Of a stretch of DNA of 64,000 bases, positions 7,833-16,583 are shown one piece after another. Numbering within the stretch: the first letter of the stretch is position 1; the number at the start of each line of letters is the position of its first letter. Source of the stretch: a virus; IMG/VR virus record IMGVR_UViG_3300021963_005223, positions 1 through 64,000 of that record. The stretch is one strand, 5' to 3'. The notes under the pieces are model-generated. The model was not told the origin of the DNA. It saw nothing but the letters and a program-made list of their open reading frames with translations, and did not search any database. Position numbers and translations under genes: made by a program.

Positions 7833-8747
7833 ATGAAAAAATTATTAGCAATTATTGCATGTGCACTTAGTATGAATGTCATGGCACGTGAGAACATTAC
7901 CATATATTATGGTTGGACAGCAAGCGATTCATTGGCAAATTACAGTCGTGCTCTGGCAATGGAAGCAAACAAAATTCAAAATAAGTATACGTTTCTATTT
8001 GATACCAAACCAGGAGCAGGTGGTGCACTTGCAGCACAGCATGTTCTAAGAGAACCAAACTCTATCGCTGCGCATTCAACTGCTTTCTTTATTAGACCTA
8101 TAGTATATCCAAATGAAAGTTACGATATTAGTCAGTTTTCTCCCTTGTGGAATCATTGCACCTCACCTATCTCTATTGCGTCATCTAAGTACAAATCTTG
8201 GAACGAAGTACCTAAGGATAAACCTTTGACTATTGGTGTATCTGGTTTAGGTGCCACGACGCACTTGGTGGCTATTACACTCCAAGAGAAATATACAAAC
8301 TTAACAATAGTTCCATTTAAATCATCGAACGATTCTATGCTCGCAATGGTTTCTGGTCAAATCGATATGCATTCTGGATTCATTAGCCAATCTGAACAGT
8401 GGACGAAAGATAATATTAATAGCGATCGTCGTGTGAATATTCTTGGAATTACTGGCAATAAACAAGTCAATACATATAAACCTCTAACAAGTCAAGGGTT
8501 CCAACCAGTATTTGGTCAAATGAATGCCAGCCAGATTTTAATAGTTGCAACAAGTAAATTTGATGAAGCCAAAAGAAAAGAGTTACATCAAATTTTTACC
8601 GAAGCAGCAAAATCAAAATCTGTTCTTGATTCGTATGCAGTTGATTACTGTGAGCCAATGAAAACAACTTATGAAGATATGCCTAAGTTTTTTAGTAATG
8701 GTATAGATTACTGGAAAAAGTTGGCAATAAAAGTTAAACTGGATTAA
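7833..8747 (+). CDS. Bug/TctC-family substrate-binding protein
   Basis: Signal peptide, KPGAGG, GVSGLGATTHL, VPFKS...MVSGQID. Confidence 0.85.
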   Translation: MKKLLAIIACALSMNVMARENITIYYGWTASDSLANYSRALAMEANKIQNKYTFLFDTKPGAGGALAAQHVLREPNSIAAHSTAFFIRPIVYPNESYDISQFSPLWNHCTSPISIASSKYKSWNEVPKDKPLTIGVSGLGATTHLVAITLQEKYTNLTIVPFKSSNDSMLAMVSGQIDMHSGFISQSEQWTKDNINSDRRVNILGITGNKQVNTYKPLTSQGFQPVFGQMNASQILIVATSKFDEAKRKELHQIFTEAAKSKSVLDSYAVDYCEPMKTTYEDMPKFFSNGIDYWKKLAIKVKLD

Positions 8748-8765
8748 ACCAAATAATATTGCAAT

Positions 8766-8794
8766 TTTACATTAATGTGATTTTCAAGTATAAT
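8766..8794 (+). promoter_or_regulatory. early promoter
   Basis: TTTACA-17-TATAAT. Confidence 0.8.
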
Positions 8795-8813
8795 TTAATT
8801 AAGTGAGAAATAA

Positions 8814-9053
8814 ATGTTGTGGTTTAAAACTGGTGGCGATGATCCGAAAAAAGACGACCTGCGTGTAATACGCAGGTTTGCTTGGATACCTACACGTATA
8901 AAAGGTAATTGGTTGTGGTGGAAACATTACCAAGTATTGCAAGAATATAAAACTGTAACGATTATCACACCTGAAATACCAAGTGGTCAAACAGCATTGA
9001 TGTGGTTAGATCTTGATACATATAATATAGAGGAAAAAGTTGAAATTAGCTAG
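8814..9053 (+). CDS. hypothetical protein
   Basis: ORF directly behind an early promoter. Confidence 0.6.
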   Translation: MLWFKTGGDDPKKDDLRVIRRFAWIPTRIKGNWLWWKHYQVLQEYKTVTIITPEIPSGQTALMWLDLDTYNIEEKVEIS

Positions 9054-9921
9054 TTTATTATTTGGTGCATTATTCAGTTTAAATGTATATGCACAAGAGA
9101 CAGTGAGAATCTACTCACCATACAGTCCAACGCATTCTGGTACGCCAGCAATGTTCAAGATTATTGATGAAGCCAATAAGTCTCAGAACATCTACAAATT
9201 TATCCTTGAATTCAAACCTGGAGGTAATCAGATTATTGCACTGAAATCCATGGATGAAAACAGTCTGGCCATTATGGCACCTGCATACGTTGAGAACGTA
9301 AACAAGGGTTTGATTAAGGAAGAAGATTACATTCCTATCCATACTATCGGTGACGCATGCTGGACTGTTATTACCAATGGACCAGTCAAAAGTATTAAGG
9401 AACTCACTGTCGGTGGTGTAGGGTTCGGAAACTCTGCTCACCTAACTGGACTAGCCATGGGTGAGAAGTTTGGTTTCCCAGTTCGCTATATCGTCTTTAA
9501 ATCCAATAATGATGCACTGGTCAATATGGCAGGAAATAATGGTATAAACATGGTCATCGATCGTTGGGAAGCATATGAGTCCATGAAGACCAAAAATCCA
9601 AATCTACAAGCATACGCAGCATCCTGTCCTGTTCGTCTACCACAAGATCCCAAGTTAAAGACACTGGGAGAAAATGGAATCAAAGCACCATACGTATTCA
9701 ATATCACAGTGGCACCAAAGTCCATGACTACAGCCAAGCGTAAGGTTATTGCAATCATTCTGAACGATGCTCAGAACAAGATTGGAGCGGATGAAATCTT
9801 CAGAGTATCAGGTATGAGAATACCAAAGGAATCAGCTGAGGAATTCTATGGTAAGTCAATCAATACAGTACGCAGTCTACAGACCAAGTATCGTAAAGAA
9901 ATCGAGGAAGCAAGCAAATGA
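9040..9921 (+). CDS. second Bug/TctC-like substrate-binding protein
   Basis: Signal peptide, KPGGN, GGVGFGNSAHL, IVFKS, TLGENG. Confidence 0.75.
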   Translation: MKLASLLFGALFSLNVYAQETVRIYSPYSPTHSGTPAMFKIIDEANKSQNIYKFILEFKPGGNQIIALKSMDENSLAIMAPAYVENVNKGLIKEEDYIPIHTIGDACWTVITNGPVKSIKELTVGGVGFGNSAHLTGLAMGEKFGFPVRYIVFKSNNDALVNMAGNNGINMVIDRWEAYESMKTKNPNLQAYAASCPVRLPQDPKLKTLGENGIKAPYVFNITVAPKSMTTAKRKVIAIILNDAQNKIGADEIFRVSGMRIPKESAEEFYGKSINTVRSLQTKYRKEIEEASK

Positions 9922-10084
9922 AACCATTTCCAACCGATGGCATGGATCGCTGCAAAGTCTGTGGTCGTTACTATCAACCAGAATGTGAGTGGAATCAAGG
10001 TAGATGTCCCCATCATCCACCTCATTGGGAACGATTCCTAAATCTATTCCAATGGTTGAAGTCATTATTCACAAGAGGGAGAAA

Positions 10085-10225
10085 ATGAAAACATTGCAAG
10101 AACAAGAAACACAAGCCATCCTAGCCATGGCTGATAGAATCAAAGAACTCGAAGAGTTATTGAAACAAGCCAACGATCGAGTGAGACAGTTAGAGTCACA
10201 GGTCTATGGCGGATCTACTCAATAA
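10085..10225 (+). CDS. short coiled-coil hypothetical protein
   Basis: GGGAG RBS before ATG 10085. Confidence 0.55.
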   Translation: MKTLQEQETQAILAMADRIKELEELLKQANDRVRQLESQVYGGSTQ

Positions 10226-10397
10226 ACCAGATTATCTGGAACGTCCACTTTGTAGACACAAGGGTTGTGATCGCTTTGCACAGCAGTTCGGTGCCAAAGG
10301 TAAAAATAAGAAGCCAATCTATTTAAAAACTTGCACTAAACACTTAAACGAAAGGATACAATATGTGGAAAGTAAAATACATTCCAGACACCAATGA
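10206..10397 (+). CDS. small Cys/His hypothetical protein
   Basis: C-x4-C...C-x2-H pattern. Confidence 0.5.
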   Translation: MADLLNKPDYLERPLCRHKGCDRFAQQFGAKGKNKKPIYLKTCTKHLNERIQYVESKIHSRHQ

Positions 10398-10493
10398 ACG
10401 TCACACTGTGGCTCTGGTCAAGTTATTCAAAACTGAACAAGATGCGACCACTTTCGCCAATTCACTGGGTAAACGACTAATTTCAATCACTCC

Positions 10494-10712
10494 ATGCTGA
10501 ATAATATCCTCACAGAAGTCGGTTCGTTATGGTCATGGGTCACTGGTGTAATCGCTGGTCTGGGTGTCACAGCCACAGTACTAATCCTTGGATTCATCAT
10601 GGTATACATCAAACTCAAGCGTATTCACGACAGACTGCAAATGATTCATAATATAACCATATCTGAAACCAGAGATCTATCCCTGAGAATTAACAAACTG
10701 GAAAGCAAATGA
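10494..10712 (+). CDS. small membrane protein
   Basis: One hydrophobic segment, ORF coupled to neighbours. Confidence 0.55.
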   Translation: MLNNILTEVGSLWSWVTGVIAGLGVTATVLILGFIMVYIKLKRIHDRLQMIHNITISETRDLSLRINKLESK

Positions 10713-10942
10713 ATCGAGCATGGCGAGAAGCGGAACATTCCAATCATTTCTACTATTCCATGGAAACTGGACTGATTCAAGCCCACGTATTTAAAATAGG
10801 ACAATCCTATACCATCTATAATGCAAAGGTTTATTTCGAAGGTTTGGACAGAATCATTGGATCTTACATCGAACTGGACTACGCCAAGAAAGCAGTTGAA
10901 ACTTGGTGGCTACAACAAGAAGTTACATTACTGGAAAATTAG
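10709..10942 (+). CDS. hypothetical protein
   Basis: ATGA overlap with the previous ORF. Confidence 0.55.
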   Translation: MNRAWREAEHSNHFYYSMETGLIQAHVFKIGQSYTIYNAKVYFEGLDRIIGSYIELDYAKKAVETWWLQQEVTLLEN

Positions 10943-10967
10943 TTTTTCAAACGAAGCGAGGTGACCC

Positions 10968-11243
10968 ATGGACGAAGAAAGTAAACTGAAGCATTCCAAG
11001 CGACTACAACAGAAACATAACCATATTCTAAAAGAAACCAGAATAGCCAAACAGAACCATGTTCCTGTAGAAAATCCCCATAGACTTGCAAAGAAATCAC
11101 CAATGAACTGTGGTAATCCAAAGTGTCCCATGTGTTCCAATCCAAGGAAAGTATGGAAAGAACTAACCATACAGGAACAGAAATTATTCCAAGATTTAGA
11201 TGAACAACGTGATAGACATTCCAACGGACAAAACAATGACTAA
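10968..11243 (+). CDS. small basic Cys-motif hypothetical protein
   Basis: CGNPKCPMCSNPR motif, GAGG RBS. Confidence 0.65.
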   Translation: MDEESKLKHSKRLQQKHNHILKETRIAKQNHVPVENPHRLAKKSPMNCGNPKCPMCSNPRKVWKELTIQEQKLFQDLDEQRDRHSNGQNND

Positions 11244-11471
11244 TAATAGTTCTATTTCTCTAAGCGAAGCGGAGCTGTCCAAGGTTGCAGACTGGCATTC
11301 GGATAAAGGATATACCCTATCCACCCACGAGAAACAACAAGAGTTTGCAAAGAAACGTAATTATACCTATGAGTGGAATGGTGTAAGTCCCAGTGTTAAT
11401 TCACAGTGGAAAGTAGAGAAATGTCCATGGGATAATTGGAAAGCAAATAGAGATATTGTATAGGAAGAAAA

Positions 11472-11666
11472 ATGTTAAAAGATCGTAAATTACTTGTAGA
11501 AGCAGAAATAACCAAACTAACTGATGTAGCTGCACACATGTATCTGGATGCCATGATATCAGTGAGTACTCTTGACCCAGAATATGAAGCCATCCGTGAA
11601 AGAATTACAGATTTACAGCATGAGCGTAAGATGATACAATTATTGCTGGATAAAGGACATGAATGA
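11472..11666 (+). CDS. hypothetical protein
   Basis: AGGA RBS, coupled to the next ORF. Confidence 0.55.
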   Translation: MLKDRKLLVEAEITKLTDVAAHMYLDAMISVSTLDPEYEAIRERITDLQHERKMIQLLLDKGHE

Positions 11667-11806
11667 CAGACGAAGAAGTACTGAAATTCTATAATGAACT
11701 GGAAGAACACTATGGAGATAAGCTGGTCAACTTCGAGCATCATCCAAGACAATTCCAGTGGCAAGTGATTACGTATAAGTATTACAAGGAACAAAATGGT
11801 TCTTGA
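11663..11806 (+). CDS. small hypothetical protein (MTDEEVLKFY...HHPRQF)
   Basis: ATGA coupling, 47 aa, not in the ORF track. Confidence 0.5.
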   Translation: MTDEEVLKFYNELEEHYGDKLVNFEHHPRQFQWQVITYKYYKEQNGS

Positions 11807-11971
11807 ACATGGTAAGAATCCAGTGAAATATCGCTGGTGTGATAATGAGGATAAAGCAGTGTCAGAATGGTTCCATGAAATTAGAGAAGCATTGCAGTGG
11901 ATAATAAAGCATGATGAAGAGAAAATGAAAGAGACGAAAAGTAAATCTGGTGTTCTACTACCGCAATTATT

Positions 11972-12310
11972 ATGACGTACAGACAAAAGACCTGCCCATA
12001 CTGTTCTACTCAGCATAAAAAGCGTGGACCCTACTGCTCAAAGTCCTGCTCTAATCGTGGTAGAACTATTACCGAGACACAGAAAGCCAATATGTCTCAT
12101 GCTCAAGCCAAGCAACACTCAGAAAGAGAACGATCTCCTGGTCAGTGGGAAGTTCTTACTCGAAATCAACTGACTGCACGTAACAAAAACCTCCCCAAGA
12201 CAGAAGAATTGGTCACTGATCCCAATGAACTCTACCTTCCACCCATGTCTCCCTCTCTGCCAGCCAATCAATTCGTGGCTTCTGGCGATCTCTGGACCGA
12301 AAAAGACTAA
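11972..12310 (+). CDS. Zn-finger / NUMOD3-like hypothetical protein
   Basis: CPYC...YCSKSCSN, TETQKANMS. Confidence 0.55.
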   Translation: MTYRQKTCPYCSTQHKKRGPYCSKSCSNRGRTITETQKANMSHAQAKQHSERERSPGQWEVLTRNQLTARNKNLPKTEELVTDPNELYLPPMSPSLPANQFVASGDLWTEKD

Positions 12311-12345
12311 TCGTTGTAAAAATGCAATTGCAAGAGTAATATTTC

Positions 12346-12374
12346 TTTACATTTATTTGACATTGTAGTAGAAT
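12346..12374 (+). promoter_or_regulatory. early promoter
   Basis: TTTACA-17-TAGAAT. Confidence 0.7.
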
Positions 12375-12408
12375 TACGGTGTTAGGGTTGATAAAGGAGA
12401 AAGTTATT

Positions 12409-12630
12409 ATGAAAAATGTGAATCCGTTTGAAATTTGTGTCGTTAAATTTACTGATGAGCTGACTGCTACCTATTCTTTTAATGTTTTCTTGACTGATTT
12501 ACCGAAATTTGTCCGTGAAGTCGTGAAATTCCTCGGTGAAACCCCTCTTGAATCGCTGAATGTTGAATTTGGGGTTGATCCTGTGAAAAATCGGGCTGGT
12601 GAAGTCGAGTTTTGGCGTAAATTTTATTAA
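12409..12630 (+). CDS. hypothetical early protein
   Basis: AAGGAG RBS before ATG 12409. Confidence 0.65.
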   Translation: MKNVNPFEICVVKFTDELTATYSFNVFLTDLPKFVREVVKFLGETPLESLNVEFGVDPVKNRAGEVEFWRKFY

Positions 12631-12745
12631 CCCTCTAGTCTGAAGGGTTATTTTGAGCTCTAAGTCGTTGATTTTAAACGACTTTTTGCTCTAAAAAAAG
12701 TCCTTTACAACAATTCAGATCTGCCGTATAATAGTCTTATGATGA
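12628..12745 (+). promoter_or_regulatory. stem-loop plus early promoter module, copy 1
   Basis: AACCCT..AGGGTT hairpin, AGTCGTT..AACGACT hairpin, TTTACA(12704)-17-TATAAT. Related copy at 26949. Confidence 0.75.
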
Positions 12746-13695
12746 AATGTGAAAGGAATCTCGTGAATACTCTGAAAATCTCCATTAAGACCGATCGTTC
12801 TGGCAAATCTGTCATTTTTCTCGGTGACAAGAAGGTTACCACTGGCAAAACTGGTCGTGGTCTTGAGGAAGTTGTCGAGTTTCACTATCGCAAAATCACT
12901 GGTGTGAAAGCTCCCTACTCTATGATTATGGGTGAAACCAAGATCGAAGAGTCCAAGTCTACCAAATTTGACATTAATCAGCGTTTCTCGTTCGTGGAGA
13001 AACTTGTGTCTATGGTTGCTGATGGTGTTCAGCCCTCTGCCATTATCACTGGTGAAGGTGGACTGGGTAAGACCTACACTGTGACCAAAACTCTTGAAAC
13101 TAAGGGTTACAAAGACATTAGCGATCTTGCAGACTTCCAAGTTGGTGCTGTGATTAACACTCGTAAATGTTTCACCATGGTTAAGGGTTACTCTACTCCT
13201 AAGGGTTTGTATCGTACCCTCTTTGAAAACAACAAATCCATCATCGTTTTTGATGACTGTGACTCTGTGTTAAAAGACCCAGTTGCACTGAATCTGTTGA
13301 AGTCGGCTCTTGATTCTTACGGTAAGCGTATCATCTCTTGGAATGCTGACATGAAAGACGAAGATCTTCCACGTAGCTTTAATTTCGAAGGTCGTGTGAT
13401 TTTCATCTCCAATATGGATGATGGTAAGATTGACCAAGCCATTCGTAGTCGTTCAATGATGATTGATTTGACCATGACCACTGAACAGAAAATCGAGCGT
13501 ATGGAAACGATCGCTATGATGGACGAGTTTCTCCCTGAGTACGATAAAAACATCGTTAAAGATGCGTTGGGTCTGATTCGTGATATCAGCAAAGACTGTA
13601 AGGAAATTTCCCTACGTACGCTGATCTCTGTATCCAAGGTACGTGCTGCAAACAGCGACTGGAAAGACCTTGCTACCTACATGTTGACTGCCTAA
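12739..13695 (+). CDS. AAA+/P-loop ATPase
   Basis: Walker A GEGGLGKT, Walker B IIVFDDCD, FISN, AIRSR. Confidence 0.85.
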   Translation: MMKCERNLVNTLKISIKTDRSGKSVIFLGDKKVTTGKTGRGLEEVVEFHYRKITGVKAPYSMIMGETKIEESKSTKFDINQRFSFVEKLVSMVADGVQPSAIITGEGGLGKTYTVTKTLETKGYKDISDLADFQVGAVINTRKCFTMVKGYSTPKGLYRTLFENNKSIIVFDDCDSVLKDPVALNLLKSALDSYGKRIISWNADMKDEDLPRSFNFEGRVIFISNMDDGKIDQAIRSRSMMIDLTMTTEQKIERMETIAMMDEFLPEYDKNIVKDALGLIRDISKDCKEISLRTLISVSKVRAANSDWKDLATYMLTA

Positions 13696-13861
13696 TGGGG
13701 GGGTATCTAATGAGCACTAACACTGAACATACAATTACACTGACTGAAGATGAGATGATGACCATGGAGATGGCATTGATGGATGTATTGGAACGTGTAT
13801 ATGAATCTGGTGATACAGAGACATATGAGCAGGTGAAACAACTATTCGAGAAAGTTACAGC

Positions 13862-14086
13862 ATGATTACTATTAGTGGACTTACAAAGAAACAAGTAGAA
13901 CTATTGGACACCATGTGGGAACTGAAGGACATGGAAGACTATGAAAATTGGCGAAATAGTCTAGACGAAAATACAATGAATGAAGTAGATACATTGGAAC
14001 AAATGGTCTTACTTGCGCAATCAGATGAAATTGAAGATTGCGATTGTGAAAAAGCATTGGCATATTTGGATAAATTTATGCTATAG
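13862..14086 (+). CDS. acidic hypothetical protein
   Basis: Coupled ORF. Confidence 0.55.
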   Translation: MITISGLTKKQVELLDTMWELKDMEDYENWRNSLDENTMNEVDTLEQMVLLAQSDEIEDCDCEKALAYLDKFML

Positions 14087-14111
14087 GGGGTAGGGGTAAA
14101 AGTAAGTCGAA

Positions 14112-14260
14112 GGGATTCCAGGGACTCCTAGGTCTTTTGTATAGCTCAGTTAAACCCCGACCCTAATTTTAACTAAGGGACTCCTAGTATTCTCGGGACT
14201 CCTGTAATAACTAAGGGACTCCTGTAATAACTAAGGGACTCCTGGTAGAATCGGGACTCC
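14112..14260 (+). repeat. GGGACTCC direct-repeat array (iteron-like)
   Basis: Copies at 14112 (variant), 14121, 14177, 14195, 14215, 14235, 14253. The 20-bp unit GGGACTCCTGTAATAACTAA is tandemly duplicated. Confidence 0.9.
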
Positions 14261-14289
14261 TTTACAATAATTCAGTATTGTAGTATAAT
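14261..14289 (+). promoter_or_regulatory. early promoter
   Basis: TTTACA-17-TATAAT abutting the last repeat. Confidence 0.8.
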
Positions 14290-14325
14290 TATATTATTGA
14301 AGTTCTTTATTATGGAGAATACAGT

Positions 14326-14937
14326 ATGAAATCTTATATGGCAATCGTTTCTGACTATTTTTTCTCATCCAAGGAATTGGAAGAATATGGTAAAGATTAC
14401 CAGACCATTGAATTGGCCATTGACATTTTAACCACTCATGGAGTCGGTGGTAAATTTGTTGAGTCTTTGGTTCGGTATTATTTTGGCATAGAAGATGCTT
14501 ATAGTATACATGGATGGGATGGTTATAAGAATTCACAACCAGTGGAAATGAAAACCGAGACTATCAATAATTCTAAAAGATTGAATTGCGAGGGATCTTT
14601 TGCAGAACATCGAAGTGGAACTCTTCGAAAGAGTGATCTATTCAAGGCAGAACGACCATTGATTTATTCAATTGGAGTTGATAATGTCACTGGTAAATGT
14701 CTCTATGTAATGGAAACTAACACTAAACTTTGTCAGGATTCCTGTTTGCTCTTTGAAAGGTTGGATGCTAAATCACCGAGAATTTCCTTTGGTCATTGGC
14801 AAGATCAAAAGGATTCTTATAAGATTCTTTATCAGAATTATGGTTTGGTCAATTTGAAAAAATCTGAGTTTTCAGATAATCTTTTAAGTGTTCTCAATGA
14901 AAAGGATGTTCCTTCTACTTTGGAATTTTTTATATAA
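14326..14937 (+). CDS. putative PD-(D/E)XK restriction-endonuclease-like protein
   Basis: GKFVE...GWDG...VEMKTE resembles the E..D..ExK catalytic pattern. Confidence 0.5.
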   Translation: MKSYMAIVSDYFFSSKELEEYGKDYQTIELAIDILTTHGVGGKFVESLVRYYFGIEDAYSIHGWDGYKNSQPVEMKTETINNSKRLNCEGSFAEHRSGTLRKSDLFKAERPLIYSIGVDNVTGKCLYVMETNTKLCQDSCLLFERLDAKSPRISFGHWQDQKDSYKILYQNYGLVNLKKSEFSDNLLSVLNEKDVPSTLEFFI

Positions 14938-15040
14938 TGGAAAATCATTTGATTATTGTATTTTTGTATATTATTGGTCTAGGATTCCTTGCGGGACTCC
15001 TTGGCTGTATTCTCAATGCATTTGTAAAGAGTATATTTAA

Positions 15041-15280
15041 ATGAATACACTATACGCATTAATGATTGTAACTTCAGTTGGAGTTTCAGAGGGTTATACC
15101 TTCGCTTCGCTTGAAGATTGTAATAAAGCATCTAATCGAGTACGGGACTCCTTTTGTGTTGCCAAGATTCCAGTGAAAGTCAATGTGGATGTAGATATGG
15201 GTGTTGCAGGAACCATAACTGTGGATCGTATGTTTGACCTATTGCAACAAATGAAGACTCGCATGGAGAAATTACAGTAA
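15041..15280 (+). CDS. hypothetical protein
   Basis: ORF with hydrophobic N-terminus. Confidence 0.5.
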   Translation: MNTLYALMIVTSVGVSEGYTFASLEDCNKASNRVRDSFCVAKIPVKVNVDVDMGVAGTITVDRMFDLLQQMKTRMEKLQ

Positions 15281-15372
15281 AATATAAACCTTTACTTTTA
15301 TAAGGTTTTGGCGTATAATTGGTTTTACAGTCGATTTTGGCTGTGGTTGGAAAGTGACAAAGGTGGTTTAAA

Positions 15373-15588
15373 ATGCATGATTATAATACTAAGTCAGTGA
15401 ATTTGAAGTTGTCCGTGGGTCAGGAACAAACTGTCGTGCTCGCTTCGCTTAAGAAACATTGTTCTAATTTAGAGCGTGAGCTGATGCAGCATGCTCTTGG
15501 CAATGATACTCTTTCGCAGGTTGATATATCGGATAACATCAAATTCATTGATTCTGCAATGTATGTAATGAGACACTACGGAGACTGA
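15373..15588 (+). CDS. hypothetical protein
   Basis: Follows TTTACT-17-TATAAT (15291-15319). Confidence 0.55.
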   Translation: MHDYNTKSVNLKLSVGQEQTVVLASLKKHCSNLERELMQHALGNDTLSQVDISDNIKFIDSAMYVMRHYGD

Positions 15589-15589
15589 G

Positions 15590-15781
15590 ATGGGATTGAT
15601 TGGACGCTGGGAACCTGAGGATATGTATACCGAAGTCTGGGATTTATTCCAAGAAGGACTGCGTCCAATTTCAATTTGTGCAATACTGGGGTTAACACTT
15701 CAAGAAGTCTATGATATTTTAGATGATGGGGACTCCTACGAAGAATGGATGAATGAGCAATATGATGAGGATTTGATGTAA
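15590..15781 (+). CDS. small HTH-like acidic protein
   Basis: EGLRPISICAILGLTLQEVYDIL resembles a helix-turn-helix. Confidence 0.45.
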   Translation: MGLIGRWEPEDMYTEVWDLFQEGLRPISICAILGLTLQEVYDILDDGDSYEEWMNEQYDEDLM

Positions 15782-16092
15782 TGAGTTACGCACGTTGGAG
15801 TAATAGTAGTTGGTACGCATTTTATAATGTCAATGGTAAGTTGTCATTGTGGTATGACATGGATCACACCATTGATCTTGAGTATGAAGATCTGATGGAA
15901 TTTAAACAGTATGAAGACGAAGCACTGATCACTCAGTTGATTCTTATGTATGAGTGTAATCGAGAAGAAGCGATCGAAGCTATTCAGTATATTAACATGT
16001 ATTTGGAAGACTACGATCCAAAAGATGGTGAAGAGTATGAAAAAGAGTTGGCAGAATTTATGGATAAATTGGAGAAATTAGATGATAAGTGA
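15781..16092 (+). CDS. hypothetical protein (MSYARWS...)
   Basis: Coupled ORF. Confidence 0.6.
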   Translation: MSYARWSNSSWYAFYNVNGKLSLWYDMDHTIDLEYEDLMEFKQYEDEALITQLILMYECNREEAIEAIQYINMYLEDYDPKDGEEYEKELAEFMDKLEKLDDK

Positions 16093-16300
16093 TGAAAACC
16101 TAGAGAAGTTATCCCATGAGATCGATGATGTATTGGGCGATCTTGGGGTTCGATATGGAATTAATATGTTAAGTTTGACCAGCGTTGTTCTTGCAAGACT
16201 GGCACTGATGAATATGTTTATTGGCAATAAAGAAGACTTCAATCGTCTGATACACGAAGCAGTCCTCCCTGTCACCGAGAAAGAAATTTCTTTACATTAA
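16082..16300 (+). CDS. hypothetical protein
   Basis: Coupled ORF. Confidence 0.55.
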   Translation: MISDENLEKLSHEIDDVLGDLGVRYGINMLSLTSVVLARLALMNMFIGNKEDFNRLIHEAVLPVTEKEISLH

Positions 16301-16319
16301 TTCAATATTCAGGTATAAT
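16291..16319 (+). promoter_or_regulatory. early promoter
   Basis: TTTACA-17-TATAAT, 6 nt before an ATG (leaderless-like). Confidence 0.8.
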
Positions 16320-16325
16320 TATATT

Positions 16326-16583
16326 ATGAACATTAAAACCGAAAACGAAAATCTGTTTCCCACTGGAGGAATGACTATTCCCTATGAGGTAGCACATGGC
16401 GTCACTCTTGCAAGTTTGATTGATTCTCGAACTTACTTGCAAAGTGAATTGGATCAGTGGCATGCTAATCCTAAAGATGAGCTGAACCCAGATGGGTATT
16501 GGTTACATCCTGAGGATGTTGTTAATAATATGAAATATATTCGTGCAATGGATTTGTTAATAAAATATTTTGGTGGTGAATAA
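16326..16583 (+). CDS. hypothetical protein
   Basis: Follows the promoter. Confidence 0.6.
   Translation: MNIKTENENLFPTGGMTIPYEVAHGVTLASLIDSRTYLQSELDQWHANPKDELNPDGYWLHPEDVVNNMKYIRAMDLLIKYFGGE

Noticed and set aside
11396-12016. 206-aa minus-strand ORF
   Set aside because: Antisense to a run of coupled + strand ORFs, with no RBS or motif
14112-14260. Possible CRISPR mini-array
   Set aside because: The repeat is only 8-9 bp, spacers are mostly 10-12 bp and two are identical. No cas genes are nearby
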